NCBI GenBank assembly: GCA_963713975.1
Contig: OY970218.1
Coordinates: forward strand, 1,280,001-1,344,000
Length of the DNA: 64,000 nt
Origin: an uncultured Chloroflexia bacterium
GTDB lineage: Bacteria > Chloroflexota > Limnocylindria > Limnocylindrales > CSP1-4
Direction: 5' to 3'
Positions 57,812 to 64,000 of this stretch are shown here, in pieces. Made by a program: the position numbers and the translations under genes. Position 1 is the first letter of the stretch; every line of letters starts with the position of its first letter. The notes under the pieces were generated by a model, which was not told the origin of the DNA, did no database searches, and saw nothing but the letters and a program-made list of their open reading frames with translations.

Positions 57812-59344
57812 ATGGCCATCCGGTCAGACGAGATCATCAGCATCATCAAGAGCCAGATCGCCGACTTCGACGGTTCGACGGAGACCCGCAGCGTCGGAAC
57901 CGTCGTCGAGGTCGGTGACGGCATCGCCCAGGTCTATGGGCTCGACGCCGCCCTCATGTCCGAGCTGCTCGAGTTCCCCGGCGGGGTGATGGGCATGGCC
58001 CTCAACCTCGAAGAGGAGACGGTTGGCGCGGTCATCCTGGGCAACGCCAACTCCATCAAGGAGGGCGACCGCGTCCGCACGACAGGCCGCGTCGTCGAGG
58101 TCCCGGTGGGCGAGGCGCTCCTGGGGCGCGTCGTGGACCCGCTGGGACGTCCGCTGGACGGCAAGGGCGAGATCGCGGCCACGAGGACCCGCCCGGTTGA
58201 GCGCATCGCCCCGGGCGTCATCACCCGCAAGTCGGTGGACACCCCGGTCCAGACCGGGATCAAGGCCGTGGACGCGCTGATCCCGATCGGCCGCGGCCAG
58301 CGTGAGCTGATCATCGGCGACCGCCAGACCGGCAAGACCGCCATCGCCATCGATACGATCATCAACCAGAAGGGCGGCGACCTCGTCTGCATCTACGTCG
58401 CGATCGGACAGAAGCTGTCCACCGTGGCCCAGACTGTCGCGACGCTCGAGAAGTACGGCGCGATGGAGCACACGATCGTCGTCGTCGCCGGCGCCGAGGA
58501 CCCCGCACCGCTCCAGTACCTCGCCCCGTACAGCGGCGTGGCGATGGGCGAGGAGGTCATGGAGGCCGGTGTCGAGATCGGCGGGCGGCTGGTCAAGGAC
58601 GCGCTGTGCGTCTACGACGACCTGTCCAAGCACGCCTGGGCCTATCGCGAGATGGCCCTGCTCCTCCGCCGGCCGCCCGGTCGCGAGGCATACCCCGGCG
58701 ACGTGTTCTACCTCCACAGCCGACTCCTCGAGCGTGCAGCGCGCATGAACGACGAGAACGGCGGCGGCTCCCTGACGGCCCTGCCGATCATCGAGACCCA
58801 GGCGAATGACGTCTCCGCCTACATCCCGACCAACGTGATCTCGATCACGGACGGCCAGATCTTCCTCGAGACAGACCTCTTCAACGCCGGCCAGCGACCG
58901 GCCATGAACATCGGCATCTCGGTCAGCCGCGTCGGATCGGCGGCCCAGACCAAGGCGATGAAGAAGGTGGCCGGTCCGCTCAAGCTGGATCTCGCGCAGT
59001 ACCGCGCCCTCGCGGCCTTCGCGCAGTTCGCAGGAGACCTCGACAAGGCCACCCGAGACCAGCTGAACCGGGGCGAGAAGCTGTCCGAGATCGTCAAGCA
59101 GCCGCAGTACCAGCCGCTCCCGGTCGAGAAGCAGGTCGCGATCCTCGTGGCCGCGACCACCGGCAAGCTGGACGACGTCCCGACCCCCAGGGTCAAGGAG
59201 TTCGAGGCGCAGCTGTACCGCTTCCTGGAGACGGAGCGCCCTCAGATCCTCGAGGACCTCGCGAAGGGGAAGGCCCTGACCGACGAGATCTCGGCGGCTC
59301 TCGACGAGGCGATCGACGCCTTCCGCCAGGGCTTCCTGGCGTAG
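57812..59344 (+). CDS. atpA: ATP synthase F1 subunit alpha
   Basis: [32 protein letters not shown]. Confidence 0.98.
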   Translation: MAIRSDEIISIIKSQIADFDGSTETRSVGTVVEVGDGIAQVYGLDAALMSELLEFPGGVMGMALNLEEETVGAVILGNANSIKEGDRVRTTGRVVEVPVGEALLGRVVDPLGRPLDGKGEIAATRTRPVERIAPGVITRKSVDTPVQTGIKAVDALIPIGRGQRELIIGDRQTGKTAIAIDTIINQKGGDLVCIYVAIGQKLSTVAQTVATLEKYGAMEHTIVVVAGAEDPAPLQYLAPYSGVAMGEEVMEAGVEIGGRLVKDALCVYDDLSKHAWAYREMALLLRRPPGREAYPGDVFYLHSRLLERAARMNDENGGGSLTALPIIETQANDVSAYIPTNVISITDGQIFLETDLFNAGQRPAMNIGISVSRVGSAAQTKAMKKVAGPLKLDLAQYRALAAFAQFAGDLDKATRDQLNRGEKLSEIVKQPQYQPLPVEKQVAILVAATTGKLDDVPTPRVKEFEAQLYRFLETERPQILEDLAKGKALTDEISAALDEAIDAFRQGFLA

Positions 59345-59360
59345 GGCGGGGTAGACGGAC

Positions 59361-60222
59361 ATGCCCAGCCAGCGTGGAGATTCGCCGACGCATCGGGTCG
59401 GCGAAGAACATCAAGCAGATCACCCGGGCGATGCAGTTCGTCGCGGCCTCCAAGCTGCGTCGGGCACAGGAATCCACGCTGGCCGCCCGGCCCTACCGGC
59501 AGACGCTCGACGAGGTCATCGCCGACCTGTCCGCCGTCCTCGGCACGGACGACCACCCGCTCCTGGGCGGCCGCGACCTGCGCGCCGACCACAACCGGCT
59601 GATCGTCATCATGACCTCGGACCGGGGCCTCGCCGGCGCGCTCAACACCAACACGGTCCGCTTCGTGGCCCGTGAGATCACCGAGCATCCGGGCGACCTC
59701 CGGGTCGTCCCGGTGGGCCGCAAGGGCCGCGATGCGATGCGCCGGGCCCGCGTGCCGATCGCCGCCTTCTTCGAGGGCTTCGGCGAGCGCCCGTCATTCG
59801 CCGACGTCCTGCCGATCGCGCGGCTCGTCTCCGACGACTTCGTGGCCGGCGTCTACGACCGCGTGGACGTCATCTATCCCCGGTTCGTGTCCACCCTGGT
59901 CCAGCGACCGGTGCTGGAGCAGCTGCTCCCGATCATCCCCACCGAGGACACGTCAGGCATCCCCGGCAACCAGTTCCTGTTCGAGCCCGACCCGGGCGCG
60001 TTCCTCGACGCGCTCCTGCCGCGCTACGTGGCCACGCGTCTCTACGCATCCGTCCTCGAGATGACGGCGAGCTTCTTCTCCAGCCAGATGGTCGCGATGA
60101 AGAACGCCACCGAAAACGCCGAGGAGCTCATCGACGATCTCACCCTGTCCTACAACAAGGTCCGTCAGGCCAACATCACTCGCGAGATGGTCGAAATCGC
60201 GAGCGGCGCCCAGGCTCGCTAG
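59361..60222 (+). CDS. atpG: ATP synthase F1 subunit gamma (+1 frameshift at 59376-59377)
   Basis: MPSQR / EIRRRIGSAKNIKQITRAM, SDRGLAG, RQANITRE. Confidence 0.95.
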
Positions 60223-61975
<1,753 letters not shown>

Positions 61976-61976
<1 letters not shown>

Positions 61977-62404
61977 TGACCCTCCACCTCGAGATCGTCA
62001 CGCCCGAGCGGCTGGCGTACTCGGACGAGGTCGACATGGTCCTCGTGCCGGGCATCGCCGGCGAGCTGGGGATCCTGCCGCACCACACCCCGCTCGTCGG
62101 CCTCCTGGGCATGGGTGAGCTCAAGATCCGCAAGGGCGGTGACGAGGAGACCTTCGCCATCGTGGGCGGGTTCCTCCAGGTGCGGCCCGACAAGGTCGTG
62201 GTGATGGCCGAGACCGCGGACCTCGCCACGGACATCGATCTCGAGAAGGCGCAGGAGGCCCGTCGTGAGGCGGAGCGCGCGCTGGAGTCCGGGTACCACG
62301 AGGGCGCGGACCTGGCGGCTGCCCGGGCCCAGCTCCAGCAGGCCCTGCTCCGCGTCCGCGTCGCCGAACGCCGCCACCGGGAGGGCCCGCGCTCGCGCGG
62401 ATGA
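61976..62404 (+). CDS. atpC: ATP synthase F1 subunit epsilon
   Basis: LEIVTPER, GELGILPHH, GGFLQV. Confidence 0.95.
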
Positions 62405-62407
62405 TCG

Positions 62408-64000
<1,593 letters not shown>

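Overview
High-GC bacterial window. Gene order and content suggest Chloroflexota, possibly Limnocylindria-like; this is an inference. (1) 1-~25 kb is accessory DNA. It holds a truncated PD-(D/E)xK-like nuclease and a ~20 kb catabolic island: two divergent transaldolases, a tartrate/D-malate-dehydrogenase homologue, an ARCHAEAL-type GAPDH+PGK pair, two cyclase-family hydrolases, a Zn polyol dehydrogenase, a sugar ABC transporter, a PRISE-like SDR, DeoR, a YihV-YihT (sulfofructose kinase-aldolase) fusion, a GpsA-like dehydrogenase and an FGGY kinase. Several of these enzymes have lost residues that bind the substrate phosphate, which suggests a parallel glycolysis for a sulfonated (or otherwise non-phosphorylated) sugar. 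The island ends at a tRNA-Pro 3'-end att scar, which recurs 1.1 kb later around a VapBC module. An AAA ATPase and a large serine recombinase that reads into tRNA-Arg(CCG) follow. (2) ~25-64 kb is mostly core genes: vapBC, mod genes, a candidate structured sRNA, cyclophilins, a degenerate HisA paralogue, tRNA-Asp, a nirK/SCO/Rrf2 cluster, prfA-prmC-tsaC-glyA-wecA, the atp operon (with a ~300-nt rod-like hairpin between atpD and atpC), murA and the start of mreB. prfA and atpG each carry a +1 indel, probably an assembly error. All homology calls come from recognising motifs by eye; no database search was run.
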